From the NCBI RefSeq assembly GCF_964194155.1, contig NC_135893.1:14756001-14820000 (forward strand): 64,000 nt of DNA, in the 5' to 3' direction. Below the pieces are notes generated by a model that did not search any database, was not told the origin of the DNA, and saw only the letters and a list, made by a program, of their open reading frames with translations. Origin of the DNA: Cetorhinus maximus (Eukaryota). The position numbers were made by a program, and so were the translations under genes. Of the stretch, positions 37,049-48,374 are shown in pieces. Positions within the stretch are counted from its first letter, which is position 1. Each line of letters starts with the position of its first letter.

Positions 37049-37190
37049 ACTCTTTCGAGTTATCAACAGTCACAGATTGCAACTCTTTCGAGTACAATCA
37101 CAGTTCTTGGTTTCCGGGAGTGGGACATGAACCCACAACCCTCTGATTCAAAGGCGAGGGTGCTATGAACTGAGCCTCAGCTGACACCTC
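37049..37190 (-). mobile_element. Young 142-bp tRNA-derived SINE, copy 2
   Basis: 14-bp TSD gcccatagcttgaa at 37035-37048 and 37191-37204. Near-identical reverse complement of 7335-7476. Confidence 0.9.
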
Positions 37191-38480
37191 GCCCATAGCT
37201 TGAAGAAGGAGCTGTCCTGAGCATTCATCAACTGGATATGTACTTGAAGAGGAGTAATTTGTAGTTTTATGTGGCATGAATCTGGGTGTAGAACTGAATT
37301 GGACTGTTCTTTCAAAGAGCCGTCACAGGAACAGTGGGTCATATAGTCTCCTCCTGTGCTATACGATTCTATAATTCTACTCACTGTGAAGACTAAGAAG
37401 GGAATGCTTGGAAAGTGGCAGCACTTTAATTGTTTTGAAGGTTCACTAAACTTTCTGAATCCCAGTATCTAACAGTGTTGTTAAATAGAATCTTTGATAT
37501 TTTTGTATACCTATTACATTTGTACGGTGAAAGTGGATGAAGGTGCTAAATATGCCACCTGCATTTTATCCTACCTTGCTATGCAAAGGGTAATTATTGT
37601 TGGGGGGTGGTGGTTGTTATTCTTTGGAGATATACAATTGTTAATATTCTTTCATGACTTTGATTTTATGCAAATTTGGATTGAAAGCAAAATACCTATC
37701 TAGTGATGAAGGAGTGGATCAGTTCTGAAATGGTGTGTTTTTCTTGTTTTTTTTTATATGTAAGCTGTTAATGCTGTCCTGTATGCTTAAACCCTAGCTT
37801 TGATCCAGGTTGAGTTAGCCTGCCTTTGACTTGACCATTAAAACATAAGTGGCCTGGGGGGGGGGAATGGGTTGGTGGTTAAAATTTGTAACATACTTGT
37901 ATGGCAGGATGCTGAATTTTGTAGTCCCTAGGTTGTGATATTGTTCCCAATATGCTGAATAATTCTGCCCATGCTCCCCAGTGGTGATTAAGTTTGGTTG
38001 ATTTCAGGATGATTCCATCAGAACTTTGGTTTTGAAAAATGAGGTTACGTTATTGTGATATGTTGCTCTTTGGCTTTGAAGTGCTTTGGCACGTTCTAAG
38101 GATGCAGAAGTTTGTTGCAGTTTGATATCATATAATCACTGTTGACCTTGTGAAATCCCAGATAGAATATTCCTCTTTGTCTCAAAGGGATTTTCACACA
38201 CCAATTTGAGACTAAATATGCCGCATGTAGGTAGGGTTGCCCTCTCTATCTCCAATTCCACATGGTAGCGTGGAATTTAAATTCAATTAATAGATCTGGA
38301 ATTTAAAAACTAATATGGTTCACTAATGTCCATTAGGACATAATGTCTTTACCCCGTACATGTTACTCCAGACACTCTCAATGTGACTTAACTGCCCTCT
38401 GAAATGGGGAAGGTCAGAAACTAGGAATTTTGCTGGAGTAACTCACTCCCTGACTTCCCAAAGCTTGTCCACCATCTACA

Positions 38481-39400
38481 TAAGGTTGCCAACCCTCCCA
38501 GAATGACCATGGAATTGGCCTCAATCTCCTGGTGGCCAAACGAAACATTCTGGGAGCATGTCAGCTACCATCAATAGCAGTCAGGATCAGCCACCAGTCA
38601 ATCACAGCCCATGCTTGGGTACCACCTGACCCTCCAGATGGCCAGGACTGATTGCTAGCCAATCACAGCTCATGCTCGGGTACCACTTGACCTTCCCTAC
38701 GTCAGGGACTGGCTGTCAGCCAATCACAGCCTGCGTTCAGGTATCATCTGACCTTCCCTATGCTAGGAAACCTAGTCCCCCACCCATGGAAAAGCCAGAC
38801 TCACTGTCAGCGGAAGCCATTAACGGAAATATCCTAATGGACTACAGACCGCATGATGAGTGCTCAAGTCAGTTGGGGTGATGCCCACTTGGGCTACAGA
38901 GCTGGAGGAAAGGGCACTGATTATGAGCCAAGGTTAGGCTTGGCTAAGACTGACTGGACAGTGATTAATTAGCGTTATTAATGTGATTAATTAGTGTCAG
39001 ATTGAATTGGTGGTGACCGGACAGACTGTGGTGTGCTGCGGATTTCTGTCCCCTGAGAGCAACTGGCAGGGGAAGGAATTGTTCAGACTCGGTAGTGGAA
39101 TTTAGTGAAGACAGGTTCATTCCCTCTCTTTTTGTGTCACACTTAATCAGTGTTCACAGTCAACGGAAACAGTCGATGTGACTTGAGACCAGGTGACCAC
39201 CTTGATGGAGAAGCTCGGTGGAGCAGAGCCCTGTAGCAGCTTTCAGTTGTATCTTTGTAGCTGCCAATCTCACATGTACTATATTGAACTATATAAAATA
39301 TTCAGCACAAAAAGAGGCTATTTGGCTCAACTAGTCTGTGCTGTGACGCCACTTCCGCTGACATCTCCCGAAATATGTCCAGCCACAGTTGGCAACCCTA
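38481..39400. mobile_element. Non-autonomous hAT transposon, 920 bp
   Basis: TIRs taaggttgccaac/gttggcaacccta; perfect 8-bp TSD catctaca (38473-38480 and 39401-39408). It interrupts a second-family LINE fragment (38435-39695). Confidence 0.9.
38580..38765. repeat. About 61-bp tandem repeat, three copies, inside the hAT element
   Basis: Units contain (g/c)caatcacagc..tgct(t/c)gggtaccac(c/t)tgacc(t)tcc. Confidence 0.85.
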
Positions 39401-40689
39401 CATCTACAAGGCACAAGTCAGGAGTCTGATGGAATACTCTCCACTTGCCTGAATGGCTCCAACAATACTCAAGAAGCTCAATACCATCCAGGACACAGCT
39501 GCCTGCGTGATCAGCATTCCATCCACCGCCTTAAACATTCACTTCCAGTGGCAGCAGTGTGTACCATCAAAAAGGTGTGCTTAAACTCACCAAGCCTCTC
39601 TCAACAGCACCTTCCAAACCCATGACCTCCACCACCTTGAAGAACAAGGGCAGCAGACACACGGGAACACCACCACCTGCAAGTTCCCCTCCAGTGATCT
39701 TTTGAAGCCTCATGAACTTGAACATTGTAGCTATGCAAAAGAGCCTTGACGGGCTTCAACAGGTGTAAGATTTGCAGTGCTAGAAAGATCGAGGAAATGT
39801 ACACAATAAATGTACCTAAATGCAAATTTCCTTCACTTTTCAGTGTAACAATGGAATAAAATGAGTGCAAACTCTGAAGATAGTGAAGAAATTCAGGGCC
39901 GTTGTCATGCTGAGGAAAGCAATTGGCCAAGGATTATGTGATGTTCGATGCAGGTTAGCTGCATATTCTGGAGTTTTTTCTTTTTGAGATGAGTTCATGA
40001 TAAAGCCTTTAAAAGGTGTGAAGTAATAGCCGAAAGCCCTTTTCTCATTCCATGCTTTCTTATTTTTCTTTGTTTCCTTATTATCGAAACATCATCTTAA
40101 CGAATAAGAAACTGAATGGTGGGAAAAGAGAAAAATGAACTAGGTATACAGGTCAGCAAATCATTAAAAGCAGCATTTCATTTGAGCAACGAAATTGAAT
40201 TTGCTTTAAAAAAGCGCAGGGATTGATTTCTAAGGGTAAAGCGTTCAAAAGTAATCAATTTATGTTCAGCCAATATAAGGACTCTGTGAAGTATAAACAC
40301 CAGCATAGACTGAGTGGGCTGAATGGCCTGTTTTTGTGTTGCATATTCTATGTAATTCAAGCCACACACAATCCTGACACTGTTCCTTTATTGTTGCTGG
40401 ATCAAAACCTGGAACTCCCTAACAGCACTATGGGTGTACCAACACTAGATGAACTAGAATGGTTCAAGAAGGCGGCTCACAACCAGCTTCTCGAGGCCAA
40501 CAGAGCATGGGCAACAAATATGGCCTTGCCAGCAACATTTAGATCTCACGAAATAAACCATTTTCTCTTTGTGAACTTTTTGTCTATTTGATTTCTGAAC
40601 CAAATATTACTAACTGACAAATCTGCAACTGTTAATCTCTGAAATCTCTCTTTTTAAGTAGAAGGTCCGACACTTAATTTTAGGGAATG

Positions 40690-42350
40690 AAGCCGGGCAA
40701 GTAGTAGAGGTATCAGTGGGGGAGCATTTTGCAATAGTGATCATAACTCCATTATGGAAAAGGACAAGGCTGGGCCAGAAATCGGAGTTCTAAATTGGGG
40801 GAAGGCTGATTTTAATAAGATCAGATATGATTTGGCCAGAGTGAACTGGGAGCAGCTACTTTTAGGTAAATCTGCGTCAGAGCAGTGGGACTCATTCAAG
40901 GAGGAAATAGGGAGAGTACATGGCCAACATATTCCAGTAAAGATAAAATGTGGGACCAACAAATCCAGGGAACCCTGGATGTCGAGGGATTGGATAAAGA
41001 GAAAAAGGGAGGCTTATGGCAGATACCGAGGGCTCAAAACAGCGGAAGCCCTAGAGGAGTATAGAATGTGTAGGGGGAACTTAAAAAGGAAATTAGGAGA
41101 GCAAAAAGCAGGCATGAAAAAACATTGGTAGGTAAAATAAAGGAAAATCTAAAGTTATTTTACAAGCACATTAAGAGTAAGAGGATAACTAGGGAAAGAG
41201 TAGGGCCCATTAAGGACCATAGTGGTAATTTGTGTGTGGAGCCGGAAGATGTAGGTAGGCTTCTAAATGAATACTTTGTGTCAGTGTTCACAAGTGAGAG
41301 GGGCGATGTGGGCATGGAAATCGGGCAGAAGGACTGAGATATAATTAAAGAAATTAATATAGAAAGGGAGGAGGTTCTAAGTGGTCTGGCAGGCTTAAAA
41401 GTAGATAAATCTCCAGGCCCAGATGCAATGTACCCCGGGCTGTTGAGTGAGGCAAGGGAGGAGATAGGGGCATTGGCAATAATTTTCAATACCTCTCTGG
41501 CCACAGGTGAGGTGCCAGAGGACTGCAGGACAGCCAATGTGGTACCGTTATTCACAAGAAGGGAGGAAGGGATAAGCCAGGGAACTACAGGCCAGTCAGT
41601 CTAATAACTCAGTGGTGGGGAAACTATTGGAAGCAATTCTGAGGGACAGAATTAATCTACTCTTGGAGAGGCAGGAATTAATCAAGGATAGTCAGCATGG
41701 TTTTAAGGGGAGGTAATGCCTGACCAATTTGATTGAATTTTTCAAAGAGGTGACCAGGTGTGTAGATGAGGGCAACGCATTTGACGTAGCCTACTTGGAC
41801 TTCAGCAAGGCTTTTGATTAGGTCCCACGTGGGAGGCTGATAACGATGCTAAGTGCCCATGGGATCCAAGGCAATTTGGCAAATTGGATCCAGAATTGGC
41901 TGAGTGGCAGGAAGCAGAGGGTGATGGTCGAGGGATGTTATTGTGACCGGATGCCTGTGTCCAGTGGGGTTCCACAGGGTTCGGTGTTGGGTCCCTTGTT
42001 GTTTGTAGTATATCTGAACAATTTAGACTTGAATGTAGGAGGGTTGATCAGTAAGTTCGTGGATGACACGAAAATTGGTGGGGTGGTAAATAGTGAGGAG
42101 GATAGCCTTAGATTACAGGAGGCTATAGACGGGCTGGTCAGATGGGCTGATCAGTGGCAAATGGAATTTAATCCGGATAAGTGTGAGGTGATGCACTTGG
42201 GCAGGACAAACAAGGCACTGGAATACATGATGAATGGTAGGACCCTGGGAAGTACTCAGGATCAGAGGGACCTTGGTGTACATGTTCATCGGACCCTTAA
42301 GGAAGTGGGACAGGTAGATAAGGCGGTTAAGAAGGCATATGGGATACTGT
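40690..42350 (+). mobile_element. CR1 ORF2 fragment (end of endonuclease to RT)
   Basis: LNWGKADF, PWM, DKSPGPD, GVPQGSVLGP and KFVDDTKIGG. Confidence 0.95.
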
Positions 42351-42509
42351 GACCAGAACTTGATACAGTATTTAAGCTGTAGCTAAACCAGAACAGTGAT
42401 TAGAAAATTTGAGTATTTCACTTTAGAATACAGCACTGAACATGCTTGTGGTTCAGAGCTAATCATTCATTCCCTTGATGACCCAAAGTTAAGTGGAATA
42501 GTCAGATTG

Positions 42510-43198
42510 TAAACAAAAACAGAATTACCTGGAAAAACTCAGCAGGTCTGGCAGCATCGGTGGAGAAGAAATCAGTTGACATTTCGAGTCCTCACGACCC
42601 TTCGGCAGAACTGAAGTATAGTTAGGAGAGAGGTGAAATATAAGCTGGTCTAAGGTGGGGTGTGGGGGGAGAGAGAAGTTGAGGGTGGGGTGGGGTGGGG
42701 ATAAGCAAGCAGTGATAGGAGCAGATAATCAAAAGATGTCACAGACAAAAGGATCAAAGAGGTGTTGAAGGTGGTGATATTATCTAAGAAAAGTGCTAAT
42801 TAAGAATGGAAGGCAGGATACTCAAGGTACAGCTCTAGTGAGGGTGGGGTGGAAAGACTAACAAAGTTTTAGATTTAAAAATAATGGAAATAGGTGGGAA
42901 AAGAAGAATCTATATAAATTATTGAAAAAAGGGGGGGGGAAGAAACGGGGTGGGGATGGGGGGAGGGGAAGTTTAAGATCTAAAGTTGTTGAATTCAGTA
43001 TTCAGCCCGGAAGGCTGTAAAGTGCCTAGTCGGAAGATGAGGTGCTGTTCCTCCAGTTTGTGTTGGGCTTCACTGGAACAATGCAGCAAGCCAAGGACAG
43101 ACACAGAACAGGGTGGAGTGTTAAAATGGCAAGCGACAGGGAGGTTTGGGTCTTTCTTGCGGACAGACCGCAGGTGTTCTGCAAAGCGGTCTGTCCGT
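42510..43198 (-). mobile_element. Penelope-like element 3' part (GIY-YIG C-terminal region and terminal repeat with hammerhead, family 2)
   Basis: Minus strand DRFAEHLRSVRKKDPNLPVACHFNTPPCS..LGLLHCSSEAQHKLEEQHLIFRLGTLQPSGLNTEFNNFRS*. Confidence 0.9.
42573..42613 (-). ncRNA. Minimal hammerhead-like motif (family 2)
   Basis: Minus strand CAGTT-CTGCCGA-A-GGGTC GTGAG GACTC-GAAA-TG-TC-AACTG. Stem I is perfect and stem II has 5 bp; the core A6 is mutated. Confidence 0.6.
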
Positions 43199-44001
43199 TT
43201 TTAGTCAGATTGTACTTCATTTGCGACCAACCTGACTGATATTTGTCCAGCCTGTAATATTACATGTTCCTCACATGAATGGCCCTACTGGTAATCAGTA
43301 TAGCTCTCCAAGTCATGATGACATGGAATTTCCATCACCGAGGTTACCACAGACCTGTAAATATAAGGAAAAACTTACTATGATGAACCATCCTGAAAAT
43401 GTTCAACAATAAGGAGATGAGACTGGTAGGGTTATGATAGAAATGGACCAAACTTGAAATTCAAATAAAAGTTACATTTAGATATATTATAATCTTCGAA
43501 ATGCAATTCTAAATATAATGAAAGGAGTGTTTTAATACACCTTAGTACCTTGCCTCACTCGGGGATGACAGGCAACGCAGCCCCTCTTGGTTGGGCTAGA
43601 TTAGAACACTGTCTCAAAGGTGAAAATTATTCATTCTTTACATTCTCAACATATTTATCCTTTACGCTATTTAGTGTTCTGGAGCATGTGTTTTCAATAA
43701 GGTTATTGTAAATGTGAAATAAATCAGAGTTTTTTCTCCCTTCCCTTTACCTCTTGGAGCCTTTTGTGCCATGTACCATAACTGTGCATGAACAAGGGCT
43801 GGTGACCTCTTTTTCTGCCACGACTGCTGTCTATCCAATTACTGGAAAAGGCACAAAAATGGTTAGATTTACTTTGCCACTGCTTTCTTTAGTGGCAGAA
43901 AAAGTTTTACCCCTGCATGATAATTTTCCCCCTTTGCAATGGCTAAGATTGGATTGTTGCCTTGTGGGGAATTACTAGTGTCAAGCAAAATCAATAGCAC
44001 T

Positions 44002-44681
44002 CAAACTGAGTATTTCAATGGCATGTCTTCGGATCAGTCAGTTAGCAATATGCCAAATAATGCAGCAGTTTTTTTTAAATTTAAGTTGTTAAATTTTGTA
44101 TACTATTTAATTCAAATAAATCTTATTTGACTGCTGTTTATGGACAGAAAAAAGGCAAGCTATTCCTTAGGAGTAAAAGCATAGAGGAGTTTGAGTGAAA
44201 AATACAGGAATGCTTCCAATTACAGCTGATGGAGATTGTGACCAAGTTACACAAGGGTGATGGGGGTGGGTAGTGTGACTTTTATGGAACCCACAAGAGT
44301 GGGAAGCATGGCATTCTGGGTGGCTTAATTAGGTGAGATGCAAAATTTGGTTACTCAACAGCAGGTTGAAATGCAGAGATGAAGTCAGCGGTGTGTCGAG
44401 CATTACACTGGACTGTGGCAAGTTCGTACTTAGAGTAAAACATATTTTAAATGATGTCCTACTTTCAAGGTAAAGTCAGCAGTGTATGAGAATCTCTATG
44501 CTTTTCCCCCCAAGGAATAGCTTGCCATTTTTCTGCCCATTAGCAGCAGTCAAAGAAGATTTATTTGAATTAAATAACATACAAAATTTAACAGCTTAAA
44601 TTTTTTTAAAATTTGCTGCATTATTTGGCATATTGCTAACAGACTGATTCTAAGACATGCCATTGAAATACTCATAGTTTG
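44002..44681. repeat. About 100-bp inverted repeat with a spacer of about 480 bp
   Basis: 44002-44100 (caaactgagtatttcaatggcatgtctt...gttaaattttgta) pairs with 44580-44681 (tacaaaatttaac...aagacatgccattgaaatactcatagtttg). Confidence 0.9.
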
Positions 44682-46009
44682 GTTCACAATTGTTTAAAGG
44701 TGGCATGCACCAGCCAGCTTTGTACAGTTGTGTGTAAAATTGGCAATTTTCCTTGCTTAACCCTACAGCATGAGGGAGGGGAGCAGGAGAATGGCAGCTT
44801 GCATGGAGGCTCAAGGTTGGTCGGTGATGAGGGGATTTGTGAATTAGGGGTTGGGGGAATGGAGGAGTGAAAGAGATCTAGGGGAGGACAGAGGAAGGAG
44901 TCAGGAGCATGGAGGAGTGAAGTGGGAAGGGCCTGGAGTCCTGGGTGTGTTTCTGGGGGTGGTGGTGGGGGAACAATCAGTCAAGAGAAGAAAATGGGCC
45001 TAAAAGGTGGTGTCAATACTGTCCAAATGTGTGTCCATCTGACGGTGTAGGCTGCCAGAGTCCTTACAGGGATTTTGAATTCACCTAAAACATTTCAGTT
45101 AGCTGCTGGACTGTGCTCTTGGACAATACTCTTTATAAGGACATAGTAGGGAAGGCCAGTTGAGTGTGTAAGTTCAGCCATGTCACACACAGTGGTGAGT
45201 ACAACGCTAGACACTAACATGAAGATTCAATAATGAGGGAACAAAAAAAACAGCATTGTTTCTTCCATAATAAATTAAATGTCCCTAACTCCCCTATAAC
45301 CGTCAATGTGTGCCAACCATGAGGCGTGCCTGTACATTTAGCTCTCTGACTAAGCTAGCCTCAACAAATAACAATGATGCACACATGAATAAAGTGAAAC
45401 CAATGTAATGTGAAATATTTACCAGTGAAATTTAAGTTTGAAAAACATCCGTGCCCCTTTTGTGCTCTGAAGTCATATGTTAATGGCAGTGGAGTTGGGT
45501 AGGAAAATTGTGGTGACCAGGATGCAGAGTCTCCCTGTTTGAACAGGAAACTGTTTAACAGGCCACCCACAGATGCAGCATTTTCAGCTGATGGTGAGTT
45601 TCACCAATTAAAAGCTTCCCCTGCCGCTAAATTGAATGTGGTTTGCATGCACGCCGCTGGCACTTAGAATTTTGATTATAATCGTGTGGGAAATGGCAAA
45701 AAGAGAGAAAGCGGAAGTGGCACACGGTTCCAGTTACGACGTCGGGGATGGCATGCTGTTGACAAAATCCCAGTCAAGGTGCCTGGTTTCTTTGATCGGC
45801 AATGGTTGTAAGCTTTGCCTTCTTCCTCAGTCACCATCCACACACCTGGAGCTCAGATCTATTGTGAAGTTCAAGCTGATTGAGAATAAGTTATAATTTA
45901 TCCTGAGATACTCTGATATGTGTTTTGTTTTTTCAAATGGATTGTGTCAGACTTTCTGGTTGATCTAGCTTTGTTATTAACAGTAAAAGCCCACTTAAAA
46001 AATGAGTAA

Positions 46010-47095
46010 TTATGCTGAATTAGCTGACAGAAACCAGGAAGAGCAGTTAGGCTGTCTCAATGTAAATGGGTTTGGTAGGGGTGTAAGGAAGTTGGCCAGA
46101 GTTCCCACTCTTGATACTTATTCAGTAACCCTTGCTTCAAAGTGCAAGATATTTGGTATCCAAATCCAGTGAGGAGGGGTTTGACAGTTGTGAAGTCCGC
46201 CACAGTGGAATAATCTGTCAGTGCTCAAAGTTTAGATTCTGTGATGAAATCTGTGGTTTCAAAGCTTGTGTTTTCTGAGGCAGACCCTAACTAAAACTGA
46301 AATGGAAACTTCAACTAACAGAAAGTGAAATCGATCCTTCAGGCTTCTAGGAAAACTAAAACTGAAATGGAAACTTGAGGTTTCTGGCGGAATTCACCTA
46401 GTTGAAACCAGATTTTTTTAAAAAGAGCCATTCAAGGCCAGATCTGAGTGGTACAGTACAGGCAGGCTGAAGAAGACAGAGGCTGGATCCAGGAGCTGGT
46501 GGAAATAGGCAAATACATAGTCACTGCAGTTGTTTCTTTACTTGAAGTTAGCATTGGTGGATCTGCACCATCCAGACTGTCATGAGCAGAGTTGAGGAGG
46601 TTCTATAGACGTGTGTGCCATTTTGGTAAAGACTGTGCCTATAGTTGGGCGCTGCATTCAACTGAGGATCAGGTTAAATCCTTAAAGAAAAGGAACTGGA
46701 ATTCTACCAGATAAAGTTCAGAACTTTGAAGGACTTTGTAGCTGAAATTAGTGCCATTTATGCTGAGTGGACTGCTGAGTAAATCTGAGAGATCTGTCTT
46801 TGTTGTATCTGCTACCTGTTGTGTAACTTATGGTTTATATTGACTGCAATTTGCCTGTTAACTCATGTTAATTTATTTTGATTTTGGTTTGATTGTCAAA
46901 GTAAAAGTGAAATCTTGTCCAGTAGTTGTCTTGTTGAGGTGGTTGGTTCTTTTAATTTGTTGGTCTCCATGGGGATCATAACAGTTCGCACATTCAGAAT
47001 GGCCAATTGGGTGAGGTGCTGGGGGTTAATATTTTCAGTGGAACCATATTCCAGCAAGAGTTGCCACATTAAAGATAAGAGGGAAGAGGAAATAA
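46010..47095 (+). mobile_element. LF-SINE-like ancient SINE, split by a solo LTR
   Basis: tatgctgaattagctga, gccagagttcccactcttgatacttattcagtaacccttgct and agaatggccaattgggtgaggtgctgg...gtggaaccatattccagcaagagt resemble the LF-SINE 3' consensus as I recall it; this needs confirmation by alignment. Confidence 0.6.
46240..46983 (+). mobile_element. Solo LTR, 744 bp
   Basis: Termini tgtgatga...tcataaca; 4-bp TSD attc/gttc; internal duplication of aactaaaactgaaatggaaactt. Confidence 0.8.
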
Positions 47096-47244
47096 ATTTA
47101 TATGTAATAAATTCAATTAGATTTTGCTTGAATCTTATTCAGTGGGAGCATGGTCACATATCATTAAGGGCTGATTCTGTGACCAATTTTGCAGTCAAAT
47201 AAGCTTCTGAGCTAAAGCCTTACTGAATTAACTCTCAAATAATC

Positions 47245-47640
47245 CATCTTGAAGCAAATCACCAAACACATCTTTCCCCTTCTGTTCAGCATTCTGAAGG
47301 AACCATTCTCTTCTCAACATCCTGGTACATTCTTCCATCACCTCCAGCACCCGCTCCCCTTCCCACAGCATCATCCGGTTCAGGTGCAGGAGATGCAACA
47401 TCTATTCTTTTTGCATCCTTTTTTCCCACCTCCAGGGTCCCAAATACTCTTTTCAGGTGTATGCAATTTACTTCTACTTCTTTCAATTCAGTATACTGTA
47501 TTCACTGCTCATGATAAGGTGCCCTGTACATTGGGTCGTTGCTTTGAGGAGCACCTCTGTTCATTTCTCAAGCTCGTTAACACTGTTTCTATCTGCAATT
47601 GCAGCCTGACCTGCTGAGTATTTCCAGTTTCTTTTTCAAT
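47245..47640 (+). mobile_element. Old Penelope-like element fragment containing the GIY-YIG motif
   Basis: Degenerate SAF*RNHS, RCRRCN, QGPKYSFQV, VYCIHCS**GALYIG and RCFEEHL, followed by terminal-repeat sequence cctgacctgctgagtatttccag. Confidence 0.8.
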
Positions 47641-48171
47641 AATACAGAATAGATGCGTTATGAAGTAGAACCCTAATATTCTGAATCTGTGCCCAGAGAA
47701 TCCAATGTGGAATCTTACCCCTTTGCATGGAATTTCTTGCAAGCTATTGTTTGCATCATTTACCTTCCAAACATTTTTCCCTATTGTAATAATGTTGCTA
47801 CCAATACTGATGTACCTATAACTGGCAGTGAACTGTGCAAAGTATGAAATGCAGGAGGATTGCCCAACTTTATTTATCTTAGTTCCTTTGTAGAATCTGA
47901 GTCCAGTTTCGTAGGTGACCTTTGGAGTGGAATGCATTGATATGAACAAGCTACACCCCAGTGGAGATTGGATGATTAGTGTCATCTGACAGCATTAGGT
48001 TGCATGTATTGGTACACCAGCAATCTGCTAGACGAGTAAAGCAGAGCTGGGCACAGAGAAGTGCATGGGAAATTATTTAATCCCATTGATTTTAGATCCA
48101 CTGTCATCTCTTTGCAGAAACTGAGTCCATCCTGAGTCTTGCTTTGCTGAACCTCTGGAAATAATGAAAGA

Positions 48172-48282
48172 AGGAACAACTTGAATTTATGTAGCACTTT
48201 TCACAACCGCCAGACATCTCAAAGTGCTTATAGCCATTGAAGTACTTTTGAAGTGTAGTCACTCTTGTAATGTAGGAAATGT
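48172..48282 (-). mobile_element. DeuSINE/L2-type 3' tail fragment
   Basis: Minus strand tttcctacattacaagagtgactacacttcaaaagtacttcaatggctataagcactttgag...aaagtgctacataaattcaagttgtt. Confidence 0.65.
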
Positions 48283-48374
48283 TTAAACTATCAATATTTG
48301 CAAATTGTGTCCCCTCAAAGGTGAACAGAGCATCAGTATTTTCCCATATAAATTTACAAACCACCTCCATTTCA

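Noticed and set aside
38580-38765. Repeat array resembling CRISPR
   Set aside because: Whole units are homologous with no unique spacers, there are no cas genes, and the context is a eukaryotic transposon.
44700-45800. GC-rich block with gacgtc (CRE-like) near 45738 as a promoter
   Set aside because: It resembles the interiors of the GC-rich MITEs elsewhere in the window, and I could not define termini or any exon.
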